From a virus: DNA of 64,000 bases. Shown here piece after piece: positions 39,016 to 47,982 of this stretch. A program made the position numbers and the translations under genes. The stretch covers positions 4,261-68,260 of the IMG/VR virus record IMGVR_UViG_3300044845_000779; one strand, 5' to 3'. The first letter of the stretch is position 1; the number at the start of each line of letters is the position of its first letter. A model generated the notes under the pieces. That model was not told where the DNA came from and did not search any database. It was given only the letters and a program-made list of their open reading frames with translations.

Positions 39016-40810
39016 AGTTTGTGGGTAGGTCTGGAGCCCAGGCGGGTGGCTTCTTCATGATGCCAACGCCCCAGGCTATTGCCTCCTCGGCATCCTTTTC
39101 GGGCGCGAGGTATACAACCTCGTCGTGCGTCATCATCACGACTCGGTATCGTTGTGCGATCGTGTGCATCTGCTCGGCGACTGCGCACCTGGCCAGAGCT
39201 TGGACCGCGTTCTCGGTAATCAGGCCGCCGTACACGCCAACGCGTGCCTTGCGGTTTATGTACGAGCAGTTGACGTAGCGCCCAGTAAATGCTGAGTGCG
39301 TCCCGGCAAGCCCCTCGTAGTGAATTGCCAGGCCCGAGGGCAGGATCATCTTGTTGCGCTCGAACTTAAGCGCTTTGTAGGCGATCGGTATGCCGGCAAT
39401 CATGGCGCTGATGAGCGCTTCCATGCGGTCCCACAACTGCTGTATTTTGTCGTTGGTGTCGCGGTAAATCGAAACGATGCGCTGGCACGCGGGCAGATTC
39501 AGGTGGCGCGGGTTGTACTTGTCGGTGGCAAGGGTGTCTTGCAGCTTTGCCGCACCCATGCCGTAGCCCAAGGCAAGCACGCAGATCTTGCCAAGCTGGC
39601 GCTCGTCATCAGTGATGTCGTGCACGGGCTGGTTGAAGATCTTCGAGGCCATGACACGGTATATGTCAGGACCTGTGCCCCAGTCGTAGTGGCGAAAGAT
39701 CTCGAGCTTTTCGTGGTCGTCTGCCAGCCACAGGTTCATGCGCGCCTCGATCTGGCTTGAGTCGATCACGCACATCACCTGGCCTTCTGGCGCGTGGATA
39801 GACTTGCGAAGCTCCCCTTTGGCCGGCAGGTTCTGCATGTTCATCTTGTTGCCGGCCGACCAGCGCGTGGTGTGCGCACCGCAATACTGCAGCAGCACCG
39901 GCAGCTTGTGGCCGTCGCGCGTGGCTTCCAAAAACCTGTTGGCGCGTGTCTCGCCTATGGTCGACTTGATTGCCAGGCGCGCTTCGACCAGAGCTCGCAC
40001 TTTGGGGTCGTCGTGTTCTTTGAGCGCCAGGAACTGCTTGTCTTTCTTGCTGAACGCGTAGATTGCTTTTCCCGGATTTGACGGCGACTGCTTCAGTGGC
40101 ACCACAACGTCCATTGCTTCTAGCAGCTGTGCAAACTGTTCGTTTGAGCTCAGCTGCTCGGCGTGCACGCCGGTGCGCAGCACGTGCGCGACTTTGGAAC
40201 CCACCTCGCGCTCGAGCTCGCGGTCCACGCGTGGTCGGTCAATCTCGAGCACTGGGACGCAAAACATGGCAAGCGTGATGTCGATCAGATCGAGCTCTGC
40301 AATCGGCATCAACGGTTCCATGTGCTTGTAGGCCGCGCGCATGAGTTCGACGTCTTGCACGCCGTAGTCAGCCAGGGCCTGCAGCTCTTCGTCTGTCAGA
40401 TCGCGCTTGCCTTTGGTATCTTCCAAGGCGCCTGCGATCTTTTTTCCCAAGCGCAGCCGCGCGGCCAGATCGTCCAGGCTGTGGCCGGCTGTGGCGCCGT
40501 ATAGCGCACGAGACATCAGCATGGTGTCGGCGTAGCGCGCAGGAACCTTGCCGTAGTGGTGGCTCAGAAGGTGGCCATCAAACGCGGTGTTGTGGCACAC
40601 AAGCTCGATGTTGTCCCAGTCAAATTCGTCGAGCACCGCTTGCGCAGACTCGGTCGAGCACCACTGCACTGGCTCGTCGTTTAGCGCCCACTGCAGCATC
40701 TGTGTCTTGAACTGCGGGTGGCGGATGTACTCGGACATCGACATGCCGGCCGAGCGCAGCGAGTAGTCCTTGGCGTAGTAGGTCTCGAAGTCAAGAAAGA
40801 GAAGGTTCAT
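38981..40810 (-). CDS. Family A DNA polymerase with 3'-5' exonuclease domain
   Basis: LDFETY, HNTAFD, YGVQDV; motif A DSSQIEAR, motif B RQLGKICVLALGYG, motif C THDEV. Confidence 0.95.
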   Translation of the reverse strand: MNLLFLDFETYYAKDYSLRSAGMSMSEYIRHPQFKTQMLQWALNDEPVQWCSTESAQAVLDEFDWDNIELVCHNTAFDGHLLSHHYGKVPARYADTMLMSRALYGATAGHSLDDLAARLRLGKKIAGALEDTKGKRDLTDEELQALADYGVQDVELMRAAYKHMEPLMPIAELDLIDITLAMFCVPVLEIDRPRVDRELEREVGSKVAHVLRTGVHAEQLSSNEQFAQLLEAMDVVVPLKQSPSNPGKAIYAFSKKDKQFLALKEHDDPKVRALVEARLAIKSTIGETRANRFLEATRDGHKLPVLLQYCGAHTTRWSAGNKMNMQNLPAKGELRKSIHAPEGQVMCVIDSSQIEARMNLWLADDHEKLEIFRHYDWGTGPDIYRVMASKIFNQPVHDITDDERQLGKICVLALGYGMGAAKLQDTLATDKYNPRHLNLPACQRIVSIYRDTNDKIQQLWDRMEALISAMIAGIPIAYKALKFERNKMILPSGLAIHYEGLAGTHSAFTGRYVNCSYINRKARVGVYGGLITENAVQALARCAVAEQMHTIAQRYRVVMMTHDEVVYLAPEKDAEEAIAWGVGIMKKPPAWAPDLPTNCEGKYARNYSK

Positions 40811-41043
40811 GGGACGATCTTTACTTTGTGCCCGCGGGCGGCCAGCGTCATGGCTGCGGATGTCACGTCGACTTTTCTGAGGTAGAAACTGTCTGATTCA
40901 CCGCCGTACCTGTTTCTTACGGTAGCGACTGTGCCGTTGACCCCCGCTTCAAGTTCTAAATACAGCGTGCCGGGGTACTGCTGCTGCAGTAGGTGCAGTT
41001 CTTGTGACACGGATTCAGCGTTGTGCCCCATGCGTAAAGTCAT
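40807..41043 (-). CDS. Small protein, paralogue family 1
   Basis: C-terminus AAMTLAARGHKVKIVP; ATGA coupling. Confidence 0.65.
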   Translation of the reverse strand: MTLRMGHNAESVSQELHLLQQQYPGTLYLELEAGVNGTVATVRNRYGGESDSFYLRKVDVTSAAMTLAARGHKVKIVP

Positions 41044-41363
41044 ATCTCAAGCCTCACTTTGCAGCCCAGCGCGGCGAGCTTCATCGCGGCTGTGGCCGGA
41101 TCAAAGCTTATTTCCATGACGTTGCGGTCGCCGACTCCTCGAAACCAAGATTCTGATTCGTGTTGAAGCCAAGAAACATAAGAACCATCGCCGGCGCGAG
41201 CAAGGCCAAAATGGGTTGCGATCAAAAGCTCGACGTGGCTGCCCTGCATCTGCTCTCTTGTTTTTATGTACGCTGCAAATACCTTTAGTTGTTCATCAGA
41301 ATCCATCATTGAGTTGAGGTCCTGCATGAACTGTTTGTGCAGTGCCGGCAGCGACATGCTCAT
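41040..41363 (-). CDS. Small protein, paralogue family 1
   Basis: C-terminus AAMKLAALGCKVRLEI. Confidence 0.7.
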   Translation of the reverse strand: MSMSLPALHKQFMQDLNSMMDSDEQLKVFAAYIKTREQMQGSHVELLIATHFGLARAGDGSYVSWLQHESESWFRGVGDRNVMEISFDPATAAMKLAALGCKVRLEI

Positions 41364-41659
41364 ATCTCAAGCCTCACTTTGACGCCAAGCGCGGCAAGCT
41401 TCATCGCCACGCTGACAGGTTCGTCTTGGACGGCGGTTATGAAACTTGAGGATTGCGTGTCTTGGTCTTCGTCCTTGGCAAACAAGAACTCCAACCTTGT
41501 TGCCCGTGGTCGCATCACGCTGTTTTGAACCAAAACGAGTTCGTGTTCAACTTGAGTTGTCCAGCGCGCAATGGCGACTAGTTGTTCTTTTACCGTCGGA
41601 AAATCATCCCTGTGAAGCTTTAAGCGAGTATCTTGTACAGTAGGCTTGGTAACGGTCAT
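41360..41659 (-). CDS. Small protein, paralogue family 1
   Basis: C-terminus VAMKLAALGVKVRLEI. Confidence 0.7.
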   Translation of the reverse strand: MTVTKPTVQDTRLKLHRDDFPTVKEQLVAIARWTTQVEHELVLVQNSVMRPRATRLEFLFAKDEDQDTQSSSFITAVQDEPVSVAMKLAALGVKVRLEI

Positions 41660-43086
41660 GGCAGCGCTTCCTCGGGCACAGGCGCTACCGCAGTAGCTGC
41701 GGCAAGTTTGCTCACGGTGAGCAGTGCAAGCAGGTCCGACTGGCGCACGTCTTTGACCTGCAAGATCTCAGCCACACCTTCTTCACGCGTGCCGGGCGCG
41801 GTCACTACGATCGTCTCAGTGCGCTGGGTCTGGCCTGCACGATAGATGCGCCGGTTGCCTTGCAGCCACCACTCCAGGTTGTGCGTGGGGCTGACCCAGA
41901 TGGTGGACGTACCACGAGTAAGCGTCAGGCCGTGCGCGGCTGACTTGGGGTGCGCAAGCAGCACACGATAAAAGCCTTTCTGGAAGTATTCAGTGCCCTG
42001 CGCGCGCTCTTTGTCGGTGCTCTCGCCATCGATGACTGCAAATGTGATGCCGCGCGCCTCGAACACCTTGATGAGCTCGTCTTTCTGATGCTTCCACTGG
42101 AAGAACACCACGCAGTGCGCACGCGCTTCGATGAGGTCAGCGACCAGCTCGTAGCGGCCGGTGTCGATTAGGCTGTACTCGCCCTGGGTGTTGTAGACCG
42201 CACCCGATGAGATCTGCATGAGCTTGGTTGCAACCGCTGCGCCGTTGACCGCGTTGATCAGCTCGCCGCTTGGCATCTGAGCGATCGCATGCTCGGTCAT
42301 GTCTTGGTAGGCCTTGAGCTGCTTGGCGCTCAAGTAGTAGTTGATCGTCTCAAGATGATTTTCAGGGATCGAGATGCAGTCTTCGAACTTGTGACGGATC
42401 GTGATGTCTTCGACAAGCTTGGAAACCACAGTCTGGATGCCGTCGATCTCGGTCCACTTGACCATCGTAGCGAGTGGGCCGACTTGCTTGGGGGCACACA
42501 CGTTGGCGCGAAACGAAAAGAAGCTCGAGCCCAAGCGCGCGCCGTCATCAAGCACTTGGTACTGCGCCCACAAGTCAGTGATGAGGTTTGAGCTTGGCGT
42601 GCCGCTCATGAGATGGATGTACTTAAAGTGCTTTTTGATCTTCTTGAGCGACTTGGAGCGTTGACTTGTGTGGTGCTTGTAGGCCTGCGCTTCGTCAACG
42701 ACTAGCATGCCGTCCTTGAAGCGCTTGAAGAACGCGGGCTTTTGCTTGGCAAGCCAGTTCACCGCGTCGGTGTTGGTAATGTAGACGTCGGCGTTTTCAG
42801 CGAACGCTTTTTCACGGTTGGTGGCCGTGGCAACCGAGGTGGTAAGAAGCGGCGCGAACTTTTCGAAGTCGTCTTGCCAGGCGGCGCGCAGCAAGCTCTT
42901 GGGCGCAAGCACCAGTGCGCAGCCGGCGTTGTTTAAGCGGCGGGCGGCGAACGCTTCAATTGCCACGCGTGTCTTACCTGTACCCGGGTCCGAGGCGTCG
43001 TAGGTACGCGCGCGGTCTTTCAGGAAGTCGATCGATACACGCTGGTGATTAAAGAGCGGCGGTGCGGTTTTCTTGACGCTTTGCAT
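41656..43086 (-). CDS. SNF2-family helicase
   Basis: DPGTGKT, DEAQ, SGTP, HGLTL, QGNRRIYRAGQ. Confidence 0.93.
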   Translation of the reverse strand: MQSVKKTAPPLFNHQRVSIDFLKDRARTYDASDPGTGKTRVAIEAFAARRLNNAGCALVLAPKSLLRAAWQDDFEKFAPLLTTSVATATNREKAFAENADVYITNTDAVNWLAKQKPAFFKRFKDGMLVVDEAQAYKHHTSQRSKSLKKIKKHFKYIHLMSGTPSSNLITDLWAQYQVLDDGARLGSSFFSFRANVCAPKQVGPLATMVKWTEIDGIQTVVSKLVEDITIRHKFEDCISIPENHLETINYYLSAKQLKAYQDMTEHAIAQMPSGELINAVNGAAVATKLMQISSGAVYNTQGEYSLIDTGRYELVADLIEARAHCVVFFQWKHQKDELIKVFEARGITFAVIDGESTDKERAQGTEYFQKGFYRVLLAHPKSAAHGLTLTRGTSTIWVSPTHNLEWWLQGNRRIYRAGQTQRTETIVVTAPGTREEGVAEILQVKDVRQSDLLALLTVSKLAAATAVAPVPEEALP

Positions 43087-43297
43087 ATGCTCTCCTTACT
43101 TTTAGTTCGGCTTCAATGAGGTGCAGGGCTTCAATTGCCCAGGCGTAACTAATCGAATCTTTCTCGCCGCGCAGGGCGTAGCGCACTGCGAGGTTTCGTT
43201 TGTGCGTGAGCTCAGTTTCAAGTTCTGCCGTGGTGAAAAGTGCATAACGATGCTTTGCAGTCGACACGAAGTGGGAAAGCAAATTCTTATTGTTCAT
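43049..43297 (-). CDS. Small helical protein, paralogue family 2
   Basis: ALRGEKDS..Y...IEAELKVRR; start inferred. Confidence 0.6.
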   Translation of the reverse strand: MNNKNLLSHFVSTAKHRYALFTTAELETELTHKRNLAVRYALRGEKDSISYAWAIEALHLIEAELKVRRAYAKRQENRTAAL

Positions 43298-43622
43298 TTT
43301 CTTTGTGAGCAATGAGATTAAAAATACGGTCAAAGGACTCGTTCTTTTTGCAGCCGCCCATGCACTTGAGAATCTTTGCGTTGTTCAGCTTTCGTTTTTC
43401 CAGATGCGATTTGAGCTTGGCGATTGCTCGCACGCTGTTGTAGTACGGCAGCGTGTGTTTCACGTCGTGTAAAGCCAGGATCGTTGCGCGCTTGGTGTGC
43501 CACGCAAGCCCTTTTTCAAGGTGCTTGTCGCTGCAGCTTGCAAGCCAGATCGAACTGGGCGACGGGTTTTCGCCGAGGTTACTTAGCATCTGGAACAGCG
43601 TCTTTTCGTTTGGCGATTTCAT
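43287..43622 (-). CDS. Small helical protein, paralogue family 2
   Basis: CSDKHL...HTKRA...LEKRK. Confidence 0.6.
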   Translation of the reverse strand: MKSPNEKTLFQMLSNLGENPSPSSIWLASCSDKHLEKGLAWHTKRATILALHDVKHTLPYYNSVRAIAKLKSHLEKRKLNNAKILKCMGGCKKNESFDRIFNLIAHKENEQ

Positions 43623-43839
43623 CGTCGATGCTCTTGAGCATTATTTTTGCAAACTCGTACGTAAATGAGTTTTTGTTGCCTCTGAGCGCGGCAACAGTCA
43701 TTATTTTGACGTTCTTTTTGCGCAAGACCTGAAGCACTTCGTCGTCTTGAAGTTGCATTGCACCTTGGTAATTCGGTTCATGGTCGAGCGATTCAAAAGT
43801 GCGGCGCATCTTTTCTTGTTTGTCGTCTTCAGTGGTCAT
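43579..43839 (-). CDS. Small helical protein, paralogue family 2
   Basis: AALRGNKNSFTY...IDDEIAKRK. Confidence 0.6.
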   Translation of the reverse strand: MTTEDDKQEKMRRTFESLDHEPNYQGAMQLQDDEVLQVLRKKNVKIMTVAALRGNKNSFTYEFAKIMLKSIDDEIAKRKDAVPDAK

Positions 43840-44089
43840 GGGTTTGAGAAGATCTTTGGTTGAGTTCTGCGTCTATCTTCCCGACTAAGTCGGCTGCAGA
43901 GCTACACGCCCTCCAGGTTTTGCGTTCTTCCAATTCAAATTGGCATCTTTTAGCCGCAAAGTTCGCTTCTTTACAGTGAAAGCTATTTTTTCCGTGGACT
44001 AATGCAGCTGCTACTGCTCGCTTGGTATGAAAGCGAATAGCGGCTACAAGGTGCTCATCACTGCAGGTTTTCCACCAAGGAGTGTTCAT
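43829..44089 (-). CDS. Small helical protein, paralogue family 2
   Basis: CSDEHL...HTKRA...GKNSF...ELEERK; GAGG RBS. Confidence 0.65.
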   Translation of the reverse strand: MNTPWWKTCSDEHLVAAIRFHTKRAVAAALVHGKNSFHCKEANFAAKRCQFELEERKTWRACSSAADLVGKIDAELNQRSSQTHDH

Positions 44090-44112
44090 TGCACCCTCGT
44101 ATCAATGTGTTG

Positions 44113-44273
44113 GTGCCCGGGGCATACCAAAGCCCCCGGGGCTAACCTGTTCGTGGTTTCTACGGTGTGCGCCAACCCGAAGGAGGTCCCATGGAGGATT
44201 GAACAAGCGCGCACACTGCCGGGGTTACTTGCCACTGGCCGGCTGGGCATTTGAGGAGAAGGAGAGCCTCAAA
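44113..44273 (-). ncRNA. Candidate structured RNA with CUCC/UCCU (anti-SD-like) loops
   Basis: Intergenic; several stems incl. TTTGAGG/CCTCAAA and GTGTGCGC/GCGCACAC; strand inferred from flanking genes. Confidence 0.45.
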
Positions 44274-44275
44274 CC

Positions 44276-45022
44276 TTAAACTTGGGCGATTGGAATTGAT
44301 TTCTTGTACGGGTTGTGCGGCGCTACTACGCCCACTTCGCAGTGGCCGGTGGCGTTCGGGGCATACGGGCACCACTTGCAGTTGAAGATACTGGGCCGGG
44401 CCACGAACTCAGTCTCGCTTGTCATCTTCTCGCCGCGTGCGTCATACCGCTCTCGATACCGCTCGATGTCAGCGCGCGTGAACTCAAAGCTCGTCATGTC
44501 GTTCTGGTCGGTGTACCAGAGCTCGGCGGTGATGATTTCCATGCTCGGAAAGCGATCCATGGTTGCGATCGCATAGAGCTGGGTCTGCTCAGCGTGCTTG
44601 ACCTCGTTACCGGCTTTCTTGCCGGTCTTATAGTCAATCACGACTGCCTGAGTGTCAGATAGCCGCACCATGGCATCGAGCTTGACCCGGCACCACACCG
44701 TGCGGTCCATCCACCCCACTGGCATCCAGTCGCGGTTTATTCCCCATTCGCCTTCGAGGGAGACTTGGCCGCTGGCGTACAAAGAGCGCAGATTTTCGAA
44801 CTCGTCTTTGAAGTCTTTGAGTTCGGTAATGAGCTCGATGCCGCCTTTGACGAAGAGTTCTGCCGCTTCGTGGATGCGGGTTCCGCGATCGTTGGGGTGT
44901 TCAGTTTTGCCCGCAGGTAACGGGCGCTCTGGTTCAGGAATACGGTCGACATAAGCAATCTTTGCCCGCAGCGGGCATTGTTCGAAGGTGGTGAGACGGG
45001 AGTACGACCAGGCTTTGATCAT
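44276..45022 (-). CDS. PD-(D/E)XK Cas4-like exonuclease
   Basis: SYSRL..FEQCP, RGTRIHEAAE, IDYKTGK, QTQLYA, CKWCPY...C. Confidence 0.9.
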   Translation of the reverse strand: MIKAWSYSRLTTFEQCPLRAKIAYVDRIPEPERPLPAGKTEHPNDRGTRIHEAAELFVKGGIELITELKDFKDEFENLRSLYASGQVSLEGEWGINRDWMPVGWMDRTVWCRVKLDAMVRLSDTQAVVIDYKTGKKAGNEVKHAEQTQLYAIATMDRFPSMEIITAELWYTDQNDMTSFEFTRADIERYRERYDARGEKMTSETEFVARPSIFNCKWCPYAPNATGHCEVGVVAPHNPYKKSIPIAQV

Positions 45023-45087
45023 GTGAGCGTGCTCTTCGTTTTGAAGGCTCTCATTCTCACACAAATCAGACAGAGTGTCGGTAGACT

Positions 45088-45921
45088 TTAAGACTCTTGG
45101 GGCGAAAAATCGACCTGATAAGTCACTGCACCCATTGATAGCCGAAGCTGCTCTTTGTTCCTGTCGCGCTCGAGCCACCATTGCAAATACTCCGGTTGAG
45201 ACATGCGGCGACGATGGCCGTATTGTCCATCGCGCTGTGCAAATGCGGCCAGCTTTGCAAAGTCTTGATTGGTCTCCAACGGCATGCAAATTTTGCGGCT
45301 TGCGTAATACGCATCACTCCACTCTTCAGGCGTGCGCATATTCGGTTTTGGCAGATCGGCAAGCGCACCCATGTGCGCGCGAAACAGCGTGTCAGCTTTA
45401 ATTTTTTCAAACCGTTCGCGGTATTCGCGCCGCTTGTCTTTGTCCCACACTCGCACGGGTACACGATCGACTGAACCCGCGATGTGACCGTGCTTGGGGT
45501 GCCAGATAAAGCGCATAGCACCAGGCGCTACAAGCTTGTAAGGCGTGCCATCCTGGTCAACCCAACCATAGCGGGTGTAGACCCAGCCAAGTTGTGCTTT
45601 TGAGGTGTTGCGCGAAAATTCCCAGCCGTTAGCCAAATCACCCAGCAAACGGACAAACGACGGACTGGCGCAAGCTCCTGCTGGCGGCTTGAAATCAACA
45701 CTGCCATCTCTGCGCACTATTGCAAGGGGAGGGTGCGGCGGACGTGTACCTGATTTGCGGTATGTGTACCAATCAGGGTAGATGTACAAATCGTCGACGT
45801 TGCTGATGCCCGGCCAAAGCACAAGCGAGTTGTGGCCCACGCCGCGCATGTTGCGAAACAACTTTCCAGTGCGGCGGGAATCGAAAAAATCTTCAAGTTT
45901 TCGAAAGCTGAGATTTGACAT
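45088..45921 (-). CDS. Hypothetical protein (277 aa)
   Basis: Long ORF on the coding strand of the arm; start inferred. Confidence 0.6.
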   Translation of the reverse strand: MSNLSFRKLEDFFDSRRTGKLFRNMRGVGHNSLVLWPGISNVDDLYIYPDWYTYRKSGTRPPHPPLAIVRRDGSVDFKPPAGACASPSFVRLLGDLANGWEFSRNTSKAQLGWVYTRYGWVDQDGTPYKLVAPGAMRFIWHPKHGHIAGSVDRVPVRVWDKDKRREYRERFEKIKADTLFRAHMGALADLPKPNMRTPEEWSDAYYASRKICMPLETNQDFAKLAAFAQRDGQYGHRRRMSQPEYLQWWLERDRNKEQLRLSMGAVTYQVDFSPQES

Positions 45922-45977
45922 AGTTTCGGTCAATAAGCGTTGTCGATCGATCAGGAGCACTAGCTCCTGAAACCTGT

Positions 45978-46190
45978 TCACGAGGAAGGTGCGCCAAACA
46001 GCAAGTAGCCGACGTAGCTGTAGATGCACACGATGACGCACCACAGGATCAACACGTCGTTTGGCCAGCGTTGCAGCGGCGCGTCATCGTCGGGGTGAAA
46101 CTCAGCGTAGGGCCCAAAAGCCTCTTTGACCGTACGCTTGGTGGTGGCGTAGGGCACATCGAACTGAGGAATGTCTTTGGTGTTTTGCAT
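45978..46190 (-). CDS. Small membrane protein
   Basis: RTVKEAFGPY motif; C-terminal TM segment. Confidence 0.6.
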   Translation of the reverse strand: MQNTKDIPQFDVPYATTKRTVKEAFGPYAEFHPDDDAPLQRWPNDVLILWCVIVCIYSYVGYLLFGAPSS

Positions 46191-46229
46191 GGGTGTTTCT
46201 TGTCAGGTGGTTGTGAGAACGCAAGAGTA

Positions 46230-46424
46230 TCAGAGTGCGGGATCTGATTTTGCTCTGTGCGCGTCGATTTTGTGCCGTTCTTCCAAGGCGTAAATCACAG
46301 AGTCGACGTGCGCGATCAGTGCTTGAAAGGCCAGCGCTACCTCTTCCGGGGTTTGAGCTGCGCGGTAGTTCATTGCGAGCAGTTTGGTGGTGTTGCGGTG
46401 TCCGGCAAGCAATTCACTGGGCAT
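46230..46424 (-). CDS. Hypothetical protein
   Basis: GGA RBS; overlaps the end of the upstream gene. Confidence 0.45.
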   Translation of the reverse strand: MPSELLAGHRNTTKLLAMNYRAAQTPEEVALAFQALIAHVDSVIYALEERHKIDAHRAKSDPAL

Positions 46425-46785
46425 GGTCGATTTCCATAGAAGGCGGATAGGGTTGGCGGGGCACCCAGCTGGCGGCAAAGTCGCACCGCCCCACAATTGC
46501 AGGAGTGCCGTTGACAGCAGCGTCGACTTTTTGCTCGAAGGTGTAGCTTTCAGACGGGTCGGCAGCGATGTAGCTAAATGACGTCGCTTGCAGCTCGAGG
46601 TTGTCTTCGCACGCCGAATTGCCGTTGCGCTTTTTGCGAATGAGATAGTGCTCAAGCAAAAAGCGTAGGTGGTTTTGCAGCGCCTTGGAGCTCAAGTTCA
46701 GCTCTTTACACAGCTCGGCCGCGGTTCTCCACTCGTGCTGCATGGCTGCGTAGACCCGTTCCTTCTGGTAGTAGTCACGCGCCAT
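46414..46785 (-). CDS. Winged-helix DNA-binding protein
   Basis: TAAELCKELNLSSKALQNHLRFLLEHYLI; TGATG coupling. Confidence 0.7.
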   Translation of the reverse strand: MARDYYQKERVYAAMQHEWRTAAELCKELNLSSKALQNHLRFLLEHYLIRKKRNGNSACEDNLELQATSFSYIAADPSESYTFEQKVDAAVNGTPAIVGRCDFAASWVPRQPYPPSMEIDHAQ

Positions 46786-47951
46786 CAGTACAGATCCAGC
46801 TTCACGGTCTCGCCGTTTGGTGCCACCACGTCGGTGGACATAGCCCACAGAAGCGGGAACTCGTCAGCCACGTGGTCGGGCGGAAAAGTGCCGTAGCCGT
46901 CGGTGAGATACACGATGCAGTGCGGGTCGATGTCGTTCTCACTGATCCAGTCCCACAGCGGTCGGAAGTCGGTGCCCCCACCCCCCTTGAGCTCCATGAG
47001 CGGGGCTTCAACGTCATCGCCTGGCTCGAACTCGTGCACCGCAGCGACTTCGGCGTCGATGTCGACCACATACAGTTTGGGCGGCGAGAGCTCGCGAAAG
47101 ATCGAGACGATCTCGGCCATGAACTGCGCGTTGCAGTCCGGGTCGCAGTAAATCGAGCCTGAGGTGTCGCGTGCGACCACCATGGGGCCCATCTTTTCGC
47201 CAGCGGGGGAGGGCAGGTAGATACCCATGCCGATGAATCTGCGGTTGACCTTGGCCCAGCTGTCGGTGGTGGGCGCTTTGTAAGTGGCAAAGCGGCGCAG
47301 CACGTTCTTCCAGTTGACGACTGGCTCGAGGATCTTGTCGATCAACGATTCGATGCCGGCCGGCAGCTTGCCTGCTTGGCGCGCGGCAGTTGCAGCTTGC
47401 GCGAGAGCTTGCTTCCACTCGCTTTCGGCGCGTTTTTGAACCGCCTCTTGCGACTGCGTGCCGTCGTTGGGCATGTCGCGAACTTCGCCCCAGCCGCCTG
47501 CGCCGTAGATGTCACCGTCGTCATCGTCGTCACCGTCTCCACCTGGGCCGTCACCCTTAGGCAGCAGGGTGTAGATCTGGTCTGCGCTCATGCCGGCGTA
47601 TTGAGGGTCGAGTAGCGCACCAGCAGGCAGCTTGTACCTTTTCGGATCGATAAGCTGGTTCAGTGCGTAGTCGCAAGCCATGTTCCAGCGCTTGGGGTTG
47701 CGCCCGTTGCGGCGGGTGTGGTGCAAGAGCGCTGGGTGCAGCAGCTCGTGCACAAGCAAGCCCTTGCGTTCCTCGGCGGTGAGCTTTTTGACGAAGTCGG
47801 GGTTGTAGCCGATCGTCACGCCGTTGATCCAGGCAGTGGGTTGCGTTGTATCTTCGACCACGCGCAGGCGCAGGCAAAGTGAACCGAAGAAGGGGTCCGA
47901 CATGACCAGCTCGGTTCGGGCTTTGGTCATGACGTTGATGTCTTTACGCAT
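46785..47951 (-). CDS. Metallopeptidase + vWA domain protein (DUF2201-like)
   Basis: PFFGSL, HELLH, WNMACDYALN; DTSGS MIDAS, GGGGTDFRP, YLTDGY. Confidence 0.9.
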   Translation of the reverse strand: MRKDINVMTKARTELVMSDPFFGSLCLRLRVVEDTTQPTAWINGVTIGYNPDFVKKLTAEERKGLLVHELLHPALLHHTRRNGRNPKRWNMACDYALNQLIDPKRYKLPAGALLDPQYAGMSADQIYTLLPKGDGPGGDGDDDDDGDIYGAGGWGEVRDMPNDGTQSQEAVQKRAESEWKQALAQAATAARQAGKLPAGIESLIDKILEPVVNWKNVLRRFATYKAPTTDSWAKVNRRFIGMGIYLPSPAGEKMGPMVVARDTSGSIYCDPDCNAQFMAEIVSIFRELSPPKLYVVDIDAEVAAVHEFEPGDDVEAPLMELKGGGGTDFRPLWDWISENDIDPHCIVYLTDGYGTFPPDHVADEFPLLWAMSTDVVAPNGETVKLDLY

Positions 47952-47982
47952 AAAAAGATCCTTCTGGATTGTCAGATTCGAG

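Noticed and set aside
44276-45022. Cas4 as part of a CRISPR system
   Set aside because: Stand-alone PD-(D/E)XK nuclease in a replication cluster, as is common in phages
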